Assembly: GCA_038060895.1 (NCBI GenBank)
Contig: JBBTCT010000001.1
Location: forward strand, 32,001-96,000
Direction: 5' to 3'
From: Planctomycetota bacterium
GTDB taxonomy: Bacteria; Planctomycetota; MHYJ01; WSZJ01
Length of the DNA stretch: 64,000 bases
Below are positions 19,129-29,486 of this stretch, piece by piece. The position numbers and the translations under genes were made by a program. How positions within the stretch are numbered: the first letter of the stretch is position 1; the number at the start of each line of letters is the position of its first letter. Below the pieces are notes generated by a model. It had not been told where the DNA came from. It worked only from the letters and a program-made list of their open reading frames with translations, and did no database searches.

Positions 19129-19991
19129 TTCGCGGCGCCGCTCTCGTACGCGTAAAACCCGCGTCCCGATTTGCGGCCGAGGTGTCCGGCGGCGACCATT
19201 TTCTTGAGAAGCGGGCACGCGCGGTACTTGTCGTCGCCGAGGCCGCGGTGGAGGACGTCCATGATGGCGAGGCAGGTGTCGAGGCCGATGAAGTCGGCGA
19301 GGGCGAGCGGGCCCATGGGGTGGTTCATGCCGAGTTTCATGATGCCGTCGATCGACTCTTTGGAAGCGACGCCTTCGTGGAGCGCGAAGATTGCTTCGTT
19401 GATCATCGGGAGGAGGATGCGGTTGGCGACGAAGCCGGGGTAGTCGTTGGCTTCGAGGGGTGTCTTTCCCATTTTCTTCGCGAGCTCGACGGTCGCTGCG
19501 GCGGTCGCGTCGGACGTCGCGTGCCCGCGGATGACCTCGACGAGCGCCATGAGGGGGACCGGGTTCATGAAGTGCATCCCGATGACGTCGGCGGGGCGTT
19601 TCGTCGCGGCGGCGATGCGCGTGATGCTGATGGAGGAAGTGTTGCTGGCGAGGATTGCGCCGGGGCGGCACTTTGAATCCAGGTCACGGAACAGGTCGAG
19701 CTTGATCTTCTCGTCCTCGATGACGGCTTCGATCGCGATGTCCCATGTGAGGGCGTTCGAAAGGTCGGTCGCGGTCCCGAGGCGTTCGAGGGCGGCGCCC
19801 TGGTCGGCGGCGGAGAGCTTCTGCTTTTCGACGAGCTTCGCGAGCGACTTCTTGACGGTCTCGAGGCCCTTGGCGACGAACTCCGTCTTCACGTCCACCA
19901 TCGTGACGCGAAGGCCGGACATGGCCGCGACCTGGGCGATGCCGTTCCCCATCTGTCCGGCGCCGATGACGCCGATGTGCTTGATGTCCAC
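19125..19991 (-). CDS. hbd: 3-hydroxybutyryl-CoA dehydrogenase
   Basis: [37 protein letters not shown] and HPMGPL motifs. Confidence 0.93.
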   Translation of the reverse strand: MDIKHIGVIGAGQMGNGIAQVAAMSGLRVTMVDVKTEFVAKGLETVKKSLAKLVEKQKLSAADQGAALERLGTATDLSNALTWDIAIEAVIEDEKIKLDLFRDLDSKCRPGAILASNTSSISITRIAAATKRPADVIGMHFMNPVPLMALVEVIRGHATSDATAAATVELAKKMGKTPLEANDYPGFVANRILLPMINEAIFALHEGVASKESIDGIMKLGMNHPMGPLALADFIGLDTCLAIMDVLHRGLGDDKYRACPLLKKMVAAGHLGRKSGRGFYAYESGAAK

Positions 19992-20022
19992 GTAGTCTCC
20001 CTGGCTCTTAAACTCTGAAGAC

Positions 20023-21204
20023 CTACACCGTTTCCACCCCCATCGCCACCGCATTCCCCCCGCCCAAACACAACGTCGCGCACCCCGTCTTCGCCTTCCT
20101 CTGTTTCATGGCATGCAGCAGCGTCACCAGGATCCGGCACCCGCTCGCGCCGATCGGATGCCCCAGCGCCACCGCTCCCCCGTTCACGTTGACCTTCGCG
20201 GGGTCGAGTTCCAGTTTCCTCGTCACCGCCACCGCCGCCGCGCTGAATGCTTCATTGATTTCCACCAGGTCATACTCCCTCACGGCCTTCTTCGTCTTCG
20301 CCGCGAGATTCGCCACTGCTTCCACCGGCGCCATCATCACCCACTCCGGCGCCACGCCGCCCGTCGCATATCCGGTAATCCGAGCAAGCGGCTTCAACCC
20401 GATCTCCTTCATCTTGCGCTCGCTCACCACCACCACTGCAGCCGCGCCGTCGTTGATCGACGACGAATTCCCCGCCGTCACGCTTCCGCCGTCCTTTTTG
20501 AATGCCGGCTTCAGCCCCGACAGCTTCTCGAACGTCGAGTCGGCGCGCGGGCTCTCGTCCACCTCGACCCGGATCGTCTCCTTCTTCCCCGCGATCTCGA
20601 CCGCGATGATCTCTTCATTGAACAGCCCCTTCGCCTGCGACTCGACCGCGCGCCGGTGCGACTCCGCCGCGAACTTGTCCTGGTCCGCGCGCGACACCGC
20701 GTACTTCTCGGCGACGAGCTCCGCCGTGTTGCCCATGTGGAAGTCGTTGTAGATGTCCCAAAGCCCGTCGTTCACCATCGCATCGACCAGCTTCCCGTGC
20801 CCGAGCCGCTGCCCTTCGCGCGCCTGCGGCAGCAGATACGGCGCCCTCGTCATGTTCTCCATCCCGCCGGCCACGATCAGATCCGAGTCGCCCGCACGGA
20901 TCGCCTGCGCCGCCAGCATCACGCTCTTCAGGCCCGAACCGCACACCTTGTTCACCGTGAAGCTCCCGATCCGGTCCGGGATTCCCGCGCCCCGCGCCGC
21001 CTGACGCGCAGGGTTCTGGCCGAGGCCCGCCTGAAGCACGCAGCCGAAAATCACCTCTTCAACCGCCTCAGCCGGAATGCCCGCGCGCCGAAGGGCCTCC
21101 TTGATGGCGATGGCGCCCAGCTGGGGCGCGCCGAGGCCCGTGAAGGCGCCCTGGAATTTTCCGATCGCGGTGCGGCAGGCGGAGGCGATGTAGACGTCGG
21201 CCAT
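20023..21204 (-). CDS. atoB: Acetyl-CoA C-acetyltransferase (thiolase)
   Basis: [21 protein letters not shown] and CLGGG thiolase motifs. Confidence 0.93.
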   Translation of the reverse strand: MADVYIASACRTAIGKFQGAFTGLGAPQLGAIAIKEALRRAGIPAEAVEEVIFGCVLQAGLGQNPARQAARGAGIPDRIGSFTVNKVCGSGLKSVMLAAQAIRAGDSDLIVAGGMENMTRAPYLLPQAREGQRLGHGKLVDAMVNDGLWDIYNDFHMGNTAELVAEKYAVSRADQDKFAAESHRRAVESQAKGLFNEEIIAVEIAGKKETIRVEVDESPRADSTFEKLSGLKPAFKKDGGSVTAGNSSSINDGAAAVVVVSERKMKEIGLKPLARITGYATGGVAPEWVMMAPVEAVANLAAKTKKAVREYDLVEINEAFSAAAVAVTRKLELDPAKVNVNGGAVALGHPIGASGCRILVTLLHAMKQRKAKTGCATLCLGGGNAVAMGVETV

Positions 21205-21659
21205 GGAAGTGCCTCTGAAAGGTGGCGGGGAATTCATTCTAGCCCGAACGGCGAGGGCGGCAAGGCCGGCGAGGCGCGAAGGGTTGGCAAATCGCGTGGG
21301 GAATCGAACGATTTACGGGAGCTGTCAAGGGCATTCGAAAATTATTTTCGCTGTGCAGCCCTGCACGTCGGCGGATTGCGTTCGTCAAGGGCTTAAAGCA
21401 ACCGAATCTCACGCAACGGATATTTCCGGATTTTCCTCGTGGCAGCCAATACTTGATCTGATTGCTCAACATCCGCCCGAATGCCACTCCGGACCCGCTT
21501 TCCAACGAAGCGCCGTCACCCCACGATCCGGAGAATCGTGTCCTATGCTCTAGTCCAAGGGACAGGAAGGAAGCCGTGAAAGGGAACACGGCTGCCAGCA
21601 CTCCTGGGGAACTGGTTGAGATTCACCCGCCACTGGCCGTTAACTAGGGGATCGATTGC

Positions 21660-22514
21660 ATGAAACGCCTCGCCTGGGCACCCGGCCTCGCGGCCGCCGC
21701 GCTCGCCGCCGTGTCACTGTATTCCCCCAGCCCCGCGGGCGCAGACGGCAACTCGCCCCCGCACCTGACCTGGTGCTCGCTCCTGACCGAGACGCTTCGA
21801 AACCAGACCCTCGCCGGCCAGACGACCAACGCGGCGGGCAAGGCGCTCAACGCCTGCGTCGCCGACAAGGTGATCCTGTGGCAGGAAGACGGAAACGTTT
21901 TCTCCGAGAACCGCACCGTCTGCGGCCAGCACGTCACGATCCAGCTCAAGCACGCCTACGGCTGGAGCGACACCTACGTGAAGACCAAGTTCGGCTCGAC
22001 GTCGCCGACGGCCGAGCGGTACTACAACAACATCGTTTCCAGCACGGGCTTCGTCCGCATCAATAGCGTCGTCGATTTCGCCCCCGGCGACATCTTCGCG
22101 GTCAGCTACAAGGACGACCCGAACTCGAACTACCCGTCGACGACCGGCCACTGCGGCATCGTCAATTCGGTCGGCCCGATCCACACCTACACGTTCACTT
22201 CCAACGGCGTCACGATCCGCTTCCGCGACTTCGAGGTCTTCGACTCAACCAGCGCGGTCCACTCGATGGACAACCGTATCTTCCAGGCCGGCGAGCTCGG
22301 CACCGGCAGCCCGTACACCGAATGGGCCGGCGCGGGTCGTGGATACATGAGGATCTACGTCGACGCGAGCGACAACTTCCTGGGCTACACCTGGAGCATG
22401 ACGGGCACGAAGTCGCAGCCGCCCGGGACCCCGCCGACGTGGAACTACTACAACAGTAACTTCAAGGCGGAAGCGGTGCGGCACTTTGCTGTGGGACGGG
22501 TGACGGTGCCGTAG
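21660..22514 (+). CDS. Secreted protein with putative papain/NlpC-P60-like Cys-His-Asp fold, paralog A
   Basis: Signal peptide; TVCGQHV, PGDIFAV, TGHCGIV and VFDST motifs. Confidence 0.65.
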   Translation: MKRLAWAPGLAAAALAAVSLYSPSPAGADGNSPPHLTWCSLLTETLRNQTLAGQTTNAAGKALNACVADKVILWQEDGNVFSENRTVCGQHVTIQLKHAYGWSDTYVKTKFGSTSPTAERYYNNIVSSTGFVRINSVVDFAPGDIFAVSYKDDPNSNYPSTTGHCGIVNSVGPIHTYTFTSNGVTIRFRDFEVFDSTSAVHSMDNRIFQAGELGTGSPYTEWAGAGRGYMRIYVDASDNFLGYTWSMTGTKSQPPGTPPTWNYYNSNFKAEAVRHFAVGRVTVP

Positions 22515-22734
22515 GTTGAGTCTGGTCACGCAGGAACTAACCTCGATGTCTTCCACGTGCGCCTCGAGGCGTCAGCACGAGGTTGCGTGACTTGCCAGGG
22601 AGCCGGCTACTTCTGCCTCTGCCGCTGCACACAGCATAAAACTCTTAAAGTCTTACAATTCTTATGCATGCCGCGGTACACTGCGAGCTGCGCCCTAGCC
22701 TGAACCCCGCAGGGCGCCATCCGAGAGGCACGAT

Positions 22735-23571
22735 ATGCGCCTCGCACGCATCTTCCCCGCCATCGCGGCCTCCGCCGCCCTCGCCGCCCTCATGGCCACC
22801 GCCGCAGGCACCCCTCCGCCGCACGTCACGCGCCTCGACACCCTCGTCGCCGACCTCCGCGCGCAGACACTGGCCGGCCTTCGCTTCAATGGCACCGGCG
22901 ACACGCTCAACGACCACGTCAACGGCCACCTCGCGCTCTGGAAGGAAGACGGCAACCCGTTCGCCGAAAACCGCTCGCTGTGCAACCAGGTCGTCACGAT
23001 CGCGCTCAAGAAGGGCTGGGGGACAACCGACGCCGCCTGGAAGGCGAAGACCGGGTACGACTATCCCTCGAGCGAACATTTCTACTCTTCCATCCGCGAC
23101 GGGAAGGGCTTCGTGCGGATCACCGCGCTGGACGACGTCCTTCCCGGCGACGTGATCGCCCTCTGGTACGTCGACGACCCTTCCAGCAGCTATCCGTCGA
23201 CGACGGGGCACACGATGGTCGTGCGCACGCTCGCTCCCGTGATCGTCTACAAGTTCCCGAAGAAGAGCACGACGGTCCGCTTCCGCGACCTCGAGGTCTA
23301 CGACTCCAGCAACTCCGGCCACTCGATGGACACGCGCAGTTTCCTCGCGGGCGAACTCGGGGGGGGAAGCGCCGCGACGGAATGGAAAGGCGCGGGGCGC
23401 GGGTGGATGCGGATCTACGTCGACGGTGCGGGCAAGTACCTCGGCTACACGTGGAGCATGACCGGGACCAAAACGCAGCCGCCGGGGACGCCGCCCTCGT
23501 ATACGTACTACAGCAAGAACTTCAAATCGGAAGCGCTTCGGCATTTCATCGTCGGCCGGTACCTGCCTTAG
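22735..23571 (+). CDS. Secreted protein with putative papain/NlpC-P60-like Cys-His-Asp fold, paralog B
   Basis: Signal peptide; SLCNQVV, PGDVIAL, TGHTMVV and VYDSS motifs; collinear with paralog A. Confidence 0.65.
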   Translation: MRLARIFPAIAASAALAALMATAAGTPPPHVTRLDTLVADLRAQTLAGLRFNGTGDTLNDHVNGHLALWKEDGNPFAENRSLCNQVVTIALKKGWGTTDAAWKAKTGYDYPSSEHFYSSIRDGKGFVRITALDDVLPGDVIALWYVDDPSSSYPSTTGHTMVVRTLAPVIVYKFPKKSTTVRFRDLEVYDSSNSGHSMDTRSFLAGELGGGSAATEWKGAGRGWMRIYVDGAGKYLGYTWSMTGTKTQPPGTPPSYTYYSKNFKSEALRHFIVGRYLP

Positions 23572-24605
23572 GACAACCCGTACCCCCCGATCACCGTCCG
23601 CCACTTCACGCTGCCTGCCCCGACCGGCACGGCGTGCATGACGACCTCGGGCTCGGCGAGGTGCGCGACGAACAGCGTTTCGTCCTCGACGGCCATCGCG
23701 GCGTACGGCGCGCCTTCCACAGCGATTTCGCCGACCGACTCGCCGGTCTCGCCGTCGAGAACCGCGATCTTCGCGTTCATGTCGAGGTAGAGCCGTCCGT
23801 TCCACTCCACCATCGACGCGGCGGTGCCCATCTTGCGCGACCAGCGTGGCTCGCCGGTAAGCGCCTCCAGCGCGCCGATGGCGCCCCCCGAGGAGGACGT
23901 CCAGAGCGTCTTCCCGTCCGTGACGAGCCGCTTCACTTCCGCGGGTCCGTCGGCGCTCCAGAGCTCCGATCCGTCGCCCAGATCCAACGAGCGCACGATG
24001 CCTGCAGGCGTTGCGACGTAGATCGCAGTGGGGGCGAGGACGTGGGCGGCAGCGTCGGAGATCCAGCGGCCGGGCCAGTTCTTTGAAAGCTCGGTCAAGG
24101 TCCCGTCGCTGGTGATCTGGAAGAGGAGGCGTTCGTGGGGGACGAGGACGGCGCGGAGGTCGGAGGGGTACTTGTGAAGAGCGACGCGGGTGTCGTCGAC
24201 GATTTCGCCGGAGGCGGGGTCGACCTGGAGAATGTTGACGGGGGCCTCGCTGACGAGCAGCCGGCCTGCGTGGAAGCACGGGACGCAGATGCCGCGGCCG
24301 CGAGGGAGGTGCCAGGCCTGGGTGCCTGAGCCGCGGCGAAGGGCGTAGAGCACACCGTTGCTGCGGCCGACGTAGACGTTGGCGAGGTCGGCGCACGCGG
24401 GGCCGAGAAGGTCCAGGGAGCTGTCGCCGCCGCCGAATTCCCAGCGGAGGGCGCCGGTCGCGCGGTCGAGGCAGACGAGGTGGTCGCTGTAAGCGGGACC
24501 GGCGTCGTTGGAGCCGAAAGTGAGGACGTCGTCGCGGCCGACGAGAGTGCGGCGGAAACCATGGAGAAACTCGGATTCGCGGGCTTGAGTTTGGAAGTCG
24601 GGCAT
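23568..24605 (-). CDS. PQQ-like beta-propeller repeat protein (no signal peptide)
   Basis: Repeated blades LDRATGALRW, LDLGDGSELW and LEALTGEPRW. Confidence 0.75.
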   Translation of the reverse strand: MPDFQTQARESEFLHGFRRTLVGRDDVLTFGSNDAGPAYSDHLVCLDRATGALRWEFGGGDSSLDLLGPACADLANVYVGRSNGVLYALRRGSGTQAWHLPRGRGICVPCFHAGRLLVSEAPVNILQVDPASGEIVDDTRVALHKYPSDLRAVLVPHERLLFQITSDGTLTELSKNWPGRWISDAAAHVLAPTAIYVATPAGIVRSLDLGDGSELWSADGPAEVKRLVTDGKTLWTSSSGGAIGALEALTGEPRWSRKMGTAASMVEWNGRLYLDMNAKIAVLDGETGESVGEIAVEGAPYAAMAVEDETLFVAHLAEPEVVMHAVPVGAGSVKWRTVIGGYGLS

Positions 24606-24836
24606 GGGAGTAATCGTACAACGGGGAGTGCGCCGCCGCGCTTTGCTCGAATACGGGCACCGATGCATTGAATGTTGACGAAATCGCACCGAATTCCGGA
24701 AGGCGCAGCCGTCCTGACTGTTTCCCCAACCTCACGCTTTTTAAGGGTTTAAGACATTCTCCGGGAAACCGCCTCCCGCGGCACGCCGTTCGTAATTACC
24801 TCAACCGGCGGGGGCCACGACTGACCGGAGGTTGCC

Positions 24837-25577
24837 ATGCGCGTCGCTTCTTTCGCACTTTCCCTCGCGATCGCTTCCCTCTTCGCCCTCCCTGTCGCGG
24901 CCGATCCGACCGCGCCACTCGATGCAAAGTCCCGCGTGGCGGCGCTCCAGGTCGCGCTCAAAGCGACCGACGAACCCGCGAAGAAAACCGCCATCGAAAA
25001 CTGCGGCGCCACGCCGCACGCTGCCACTGCTTCCGCTCTTGCTGCCGTTCTCTCGAAGGAATCCGACGCGCTTCGCATCGCGGCTGCACAGTCGCTGGGG
25101 AGAATGAAGGGGATCCCCGAGGCGGTCCAGGTCCTTCACGGCGGCATTGGCGCGAACCTGAAGAAGCCGGCGGTGCTGGAAGCGATCTTCGCCGCCGTCG
25201 GGGCGCTCGCGGACCGGGGTTCGATCGCGGTCTGCCGCGATTTCGCGGTGCAGTTCGTGTCGTCGAAGGAAGCGGCCTTTTCGGCGCCGGTGAAAGCGGC
25301 GCTCGAGGCGCTGGGGCAGATCCGGCACAAGGACAGCGTGGATGCGCTGGTGACGGCGCGGGCGAAATTCGCGACGAATGCCGGCGCGATCCTCGCGGAC
25401 ACGATGGCGGTGGCCGAAGGCGCGGCGGGCGCGGCGCAGGAGAAGCTGACCGGCGGCAACGGCGCGAGGGCGGCGGTGTTCGCGAAGTGGTGGAAGTCGC
25501 ACGGGTCGGAGTTCAACGACGACCTGACGCCGCGGCCGGTGGGGATGAGGCGCGGCGGCTACGACGGAGGCTACTGA
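24837..25577 (+). CDS. Exported HEAT-repeat protein, paralog A
   Basis: Signal peptide; LRIAAAQSLG and ALEALGQIR repeats; KLTG...KWW end motif; GGAGG RBS. Confidence 0.75.
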   Translation: MRVASFALSLAIASLFALPVAADPTAPLDAKSRVAALQVALKATDEPAKKTAIENCGATPHAATASALAAVLSKESDALRIAAAQSLGRMKGIPEAVQVLHGGIGANLKKPAVLEAIFAAVGALADRGSIAVCRDFAVQFVSSKEAAFSAPVKAALEALGQIRHKDSVDALVTARAKFATNAGAILADTMAVAEGAAGAAQEKLTGGNGARAAVFAKWWKSHGSEFNDDLTPRPVGMRRGGYDGGY

Positions 25578-25578
25578 A

Positions 25579-26304
25579 ATGAATCGACTCCTCGTCATCC
25601 TGGCACTCCTGCCGGCGGCGACGGTGTTCGCGGAAAACGCGGCGCCGACCAACGCAGAGGCGCAGGCCGCGATCGGCAAACTGCGCGACACTTCGAAGCC
25701 CCGTGACGAGTCAGGGTGGAAAGCGGCCATCGCGGAGGCGGCGAGGTGCCGTCACGCTTCCGTCGTATTCGAGCTCTCTGCGTTCCTGAAGTCGGACAGC
25801 GAGGCGCAGCGCGTGTCGGCGGCGGAAGCACTGGGGACGATGCAGGGTCTGGCGGAGCCGGCGAAAGCGCTGGTGGCGGCGATCGCCCCGAACGTCGCGC
25901 GCGTCGCGACGCTCGAGGCCCTTCTCAAGGCGCTCGGCGCGCTGGGCGATCCGGCCGCAGTGCCGACGCTCAAGGCTGACGCGCTGGCGTGGCTTTGCGA
26001 AGCGGGCGCCGACCGGGGCCGCGCGCTCAACGCCGCGGCGGAGGCGCTTGGCGGGATCCGCTGCAAGGGGTCGGTGGAAGCGCTGATCGAGTTGAAGGCG
26101 AAGTGTTCGGGCGGGCCGGGGCAGCCGACGGCGGTGAGGAATGCAACCGCAACGCGGATTCACGCCTCGCTGACGAAGCTCACGGGAGTGACGGTGCTTC
26201 CCAAGGGAGATCTGGCGAAGTGGTGGGCTGGGCTCGCGCCGAAGTTCAACGAAGACCTGACACCGGTCCCGGGTGGAGGGCCCATGAAGGGGATGAAGAA
26301 GTAA
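25579..26304 (+). CDS. Exported HEAT-repeat protein, paralog B
   Basis: Signal peptide; RVSAAEALG and AAEALGGIR; KLTG...KWW...FNEDLTP tail shared with paralog A. Confidence 0.75.
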   Translation: MNRLLVILALLPAATVFAENAAPTNAEAQAAIGKLRDTSKPRDESGWKAAIAEAARCRHASVVFELSAFLKSDSEAQRVSAAEALGTMQGLAEPAKALVAAIAPNVARVATLEALLKALGALGDPAAVPTLKADALAWLCEAGADRGRALNAAAEALGGIRCKGSVEALIELKAKCSGGPGQPTAVRNATATRIHASLTKLTGVTVLPKGDLAKWWAGLAPKFNEDLTPVPGGGPMKGMKK

Positions 26305-26382
26305 CGTAACGGTCGGGAGATGGCAGGCGGGAGCGATCCAATTTCAATCGCGGCGCGTATCTGGTGCATGCACAATTCGAGC

Positions 26383-26961
26383 ATGCGCCTCACACTCTTC
26401 GCCGCGCTCGCTGCGTTTATCGCCGGCTGCGGCGACTCCCGGAATGAACAGAAAGGACCGGTTCCCATGCCCGCCAACGTCCAGACCGCCACGTTCTCGG
26501 GAGGTTGCTTCTGGGGCGTGGAGGACCTGATCCGCAAGGTCGAGGGCGTCGTGGACACCGAGGTCGGCTACACGGGCGGCCATCTCGAAAACCCGCGCTA
26601 CGACGACACGCACGACAGCGCCTCAGGCCATGCAGAAGCGGTGCAGGTGAAATTTGATCCTGCGAAGGTGAGCTACGAGCATCTGCTGCAGCTCTTCTTC
26701 CGGCTCCACGATCCGACGACGCTGAACCGCCAGGGGAACGACAAAGGGACGCAATACCGTTCGGCGATCTTCTATCACAACGAGGAACAGAAGAAGATCG
26801 CGGAGAAGGTGAAAGACGAGGTGAACAAATCCGGAAAGTGGAAGAATCCGGTCGCGACGACGCTCGAGCCGTTCACGAAGTGGTGGCCGGGAGAGGAGTA
26901 CCACCAGGATTACCTGCAGAAGAACCCGCGGGGGTACACGTGTCATTACTGGCGGGATTAG
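26383..26961 (+). CDS. msrA: Peptide-methionine (S)-S-oxide reductase with lipoprotein signal
   Basis: GGCFWG, GHAEAV, RQGNDKGTQYRS and EEYHQDYL motifs; lipobox FIAGC. Confidence 0.95.
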   Translation: MRLTLFAALAAFIAGCGDSRNEQKGPVPMPANVQTATFSGGCFWGVEDLIRKVEGVVDTEVGYTGGHLENPRYDDTHDSASGHAEAVQVKFDPAKVSYEHLLQLFFRLHDPTTLNRQGNDKGTQYRSAIFYHNEEQKKIAEKVKDEVNKSGKWKNPVATTLEPFTKWWPGEEYHQDYLQKNPRGYTCHYWRD

Positions 26962-26966
26962 CGGGG

Positions 26967-27059
26967 GAAAAAGGCCAGGACACCTCCAAATCCCAACCTG
27001 AATTGCCGGGTTGGGATTTGGAGTTGGAGTTGGGATTTGGAGTTGTCCTGGCCGTTTTT
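26967..27059. repeat. Intergenic palindrome, CCAAAT/CCAACT family, copy 2
   Basis: aaaaaggccaggacacctccaaatcccaac ... gttgggatttggagttgtcctggccgttttt, between convergent genes. Confidence 0.85.
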
Positions 27060-28156
27060 CACCTCGCGGCAGCCCTCCACACCAGGTGATACCCACTCTC
27101 GGTCTCGACCATCTCCCACGTCTCGGCCTTCATCCCTTTCACCTTGTCTTCCAGCTTCTTCCCGTACGCCGCGATCTGCTCCATCGAAATCAGGCCCTTC
27201 TTCTCCTTCGTCGCCGCGTCGTCTGACTCCTCCAGCGCTGCCTCGAGCGTCAGTTCCTTCTTCTTCAGCTTCGCGAAGCGCGCGTCGGCGATGGACTTCG
27301 CCTGCATCTTGTTCCTCGTCACTTCCGCCGGCGACTTGGCCGTTTTCCAGGCGATGTAGACGTGAAAGTAGTCAGGCGGCGGAGCCGGGCGGCCCTTCGG
27401 CGGGGCGAGGGCGTGGTCGGGGGTCTTGGGGAGCGTCCTGACGTCGCCCTTTTCCGCGGGGTCGAGGATGAAATTGATCGCGTCGTTGATGTAGATCGCG
27501 TCGGGCAGGTCGTGCCCCAGCTCGCTGACTTCGCGGAACGCCGTTCCCGGCGCGAACTTCTCGACGGCCTTCCTCGCCTCTGGCGCGAGCGAAAAGTTCG
27601 CGTCCTGCACCCCGAGGAAAACGACCGCGCGAAGTCCTTTCCAGTCTCCTGACTTTCCGCCCGGCACCGCCGGCGCTGCACAGATGACGGCTCCCGCAAA
27701 GAGCTGCCTGTTCTTCGGCGCGAGAATGCACGTCATCGCGCCGCCCGCGGAGAAGCCGTGGACAATCACGCGCTTCGCGTCGACCTTGTAAGTCGCGATC
27801 GCGTAGTTCGCGACGTCGATGATTCCCTTCTCGTCCTTCGCCGTGTTGTAGCCGTACCCGGGGCCGGTCTTGTCGCTGGCCTGGTAGGCGACCCAGACGT
27901 CGCCGCGATGCTCCGCGACTCCCTGGCCGAACTGGAGCATCGAAGCAGGGTTGCCGCCGTGGCCGTGAAGCGAGAGGACCATGCCGGGGGCTTCGCCCGG
28001 CTTGATGGATTTCGCGACGTAGACCTTGCAGAGCACGCCGGACTCGAGTGTGACGACGTCGAACTCGCCTTCTTTCTCAACCGACTTCGCTTTTGGTGTC
28101 TGCGCGAAAGCGGGAAGGGAGAGGAACAGTGCGGCGAGGAGACAGAGAGGGCGCAT
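27059..28156 (-). CDS. Exported alpha/beta hydrolase fused to a parvulin (PpiC)-like domain
   Basis: LHGHGG, GFSAGG, GVQD and GHD triad motifs; C-terminal HVYIAWK...TRNKMQAK...VETESGYHLV. Confidence 0.75.
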   Translation of the reverse strand: MRPLCLLAALFLSLPAFAQTPKAKSVEKEGEFDVVTLESGVLCKVYVAKSIKPGEAPGMVLSLHGHGGNPASMLQFGQGVAEHRGDVWVAYQASDKTGPGYGYNTAKDEKGIIDVANYAIATYKVDAKRVIVHGFSAGGAMTCILAPKNRQLFAGAVICAAPAVPGGKSGDWKGLRAVVFLGVQDANFSLAPEARKAVEKFAPGTAFREVSELGHDLPDAIYINDAINFILDPAEKGDVRTLPKTPDHALAPPKGRPAPPPDYFHVYIAWKTAKSPAEVTRNKMQAKSIADARFAKLKKKELTLEAALEESDDAATKEKKGLISMEQIAAYGKKLEDKVKGMKAETWEMVETESGYHLVWRAAAR

Positions 28157-28166
28157 GCGGGATTCC

Positions 28167-29351
28167 TTATTTCTGCACGACCTCACTCTGAAACACCCCG
28201 AACATCTTCGCGAACTTTTTCTCCACCAGCTGGACCTTGAAGGTCCCCGCCGCGCCCTGCAACGGGCCCTTCCAGTCGTCGATCGTCCCCTGCGGGCAGA
28301 TGCTGAGGTTTCCCTGAAGCACGGGTTTTGGCGCGCTGCCGCTCCACACCGTGATCTCGGGAGTGAGCTTGACGGGAGAAATGTTGACGTATTCTTCGCC
28401 GCCGGAGCCCCAGGCGTGGACCTCGACACCCTTCATGGCCAGCACGCCCTTGTCCAGGCTGCACGCGAACGTGATCTTGAGGTCCATCCCCCACGCGGCC
28501 GCCGCCGTCGCGCCGGGATTCACTTCGATCGGGGACATCGTGCCCTTGCGCATCTCCGCTTTCTGGCCGCCGGCGGAAGCGCCGACTTCGCCGCCGACCA
28601 GTTCGTAACTGCCGGCCGGGAGCGTGAAAGCCTTGTACTTGCCGACGACGTTGAACGCGAGGTCTCCCGAGCGGAAGACGGCGGCGAGCAGTTTGCCCTG
28701 GGTCTTGTACCCCGTCACCGCGTCGAGCTTCCCTGTCTCGCCCTTGTACGGACGCACCCAGAGGCGCCGGCCCGAGGGCGCGACGCGCAGCTCGTTCAGG
28801 ACGCCGCCGAGCACGACCACCTTTGACAGCGGAGTCGCGTAGGGAGTCGCGCCCACGGCGACGGCGTCCCTGCCGTAACCGTCGTACATCCCGTCGTTGC
28901 TCTGGTCGATCAGGGCAATCACCTCGCCGCCGACGCTGCCTCTCCAGTAGCCTGCGCGCTCGAAGTTCCAGGTCTTCTTCTGTATTTTTCTGAAGAAGCG
29001 CGCCAGGTAGGGCGCCGAGAAGCCGTCGGCGTACGTGAGCACGAGCTGGGCCGTCGCGCCGTCGCTCTTCAGTTTTTCGTGTTCCTTGCCATCGCCGACG
29101 GTATCAACGCCGATTGCGAAGTCGGTCGGGAAGACGGCGACGCCGTTTCCGCCTTTGGTCGGAAGTGCGAGCGTGGCGCCCGTGACGGGGGTCTCGGCGC
29201 CGTGGAAGCAGGTGAAGGGAAAATCCTTCGGGCACGGGACATACGCGAGGTCGGCGGATTTCCAGCCGTCGCCTTCGGGTTTACCGGCGTCGGGGTTATC
29301 GGCCCGTGCGGCGAGGGCGAGCAGGGAGATGAGGAGGACGGCGCGCAGCAT
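28167..29351 (-). CDS. Exported hypothetical protein
   Basis: Signal peptide MLRAVLLISLLALAARA; GGAGA RBS; DQSNDGMYD Ca-loop-like motif. Confidence 0.75.
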   Translation of the reverse strand: MLRAVLLISLLALAARADNPDAGKPEGDGWKSADLAYVPCPKDFPFTCFHGAETPVTGATLALPTKGGNGVAVFPTDFAIGVDTVGDGKEHEKLKSDGATAQLVLTYADGFSAPYLARFFRKIQKKTWNFERAGYWRGSVGGEVIALIDQSNDGMYDGYGRDAVAVGATPYATPLSKVVVLGGVLNELRVAPSGRRLWVRPYKGETGKLDAVTGYKTQGKLLAAVFRSGDLAFNVVGKYKAFTLPAGSYELVGGEVGASAGGQKAEMRKGTMSPIEVNPGATAAAAWGMDLKITFACSLDKGVLAMKGVEVHAWGSGGEEYVNISPVKLTPEITVWSGSAPKPVLQGNLSICPQGTIDDWKGPLQGAAGTFKVQLVEKKFAKMFGVFQSEVVQK

Positions 29352-29486
29352 GACTTCTCCTATGAATTGGATAGGCTTTGCCGATGCGAAGGAGCATGCA
29401 TAACCAGACTCCCACGCTTCAAGGACGCCCGCCCCGCGGAAACGTAACACCGCGTTTTCCGCCGCTCTTCGCTTAGCATTCCGCCC

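Noticed and set aside
21575-21640. Cobalamin riboswitch (AAAGGGAA...CCCGCCACTG resemblance)
   Set aside because: Lacks the CGGTG-AA-TCC T-loop arm and the downstream B12 box, and the gene context is unrelated. Kept only as an unclassified leader candidate.
23568-24605. PQQ-propeller gene as immunity protein for the secreted Cys-hydrolase pair
   Set aside because: It is convergently transcribed and lacks a signal peptide; adjacency is the only support.
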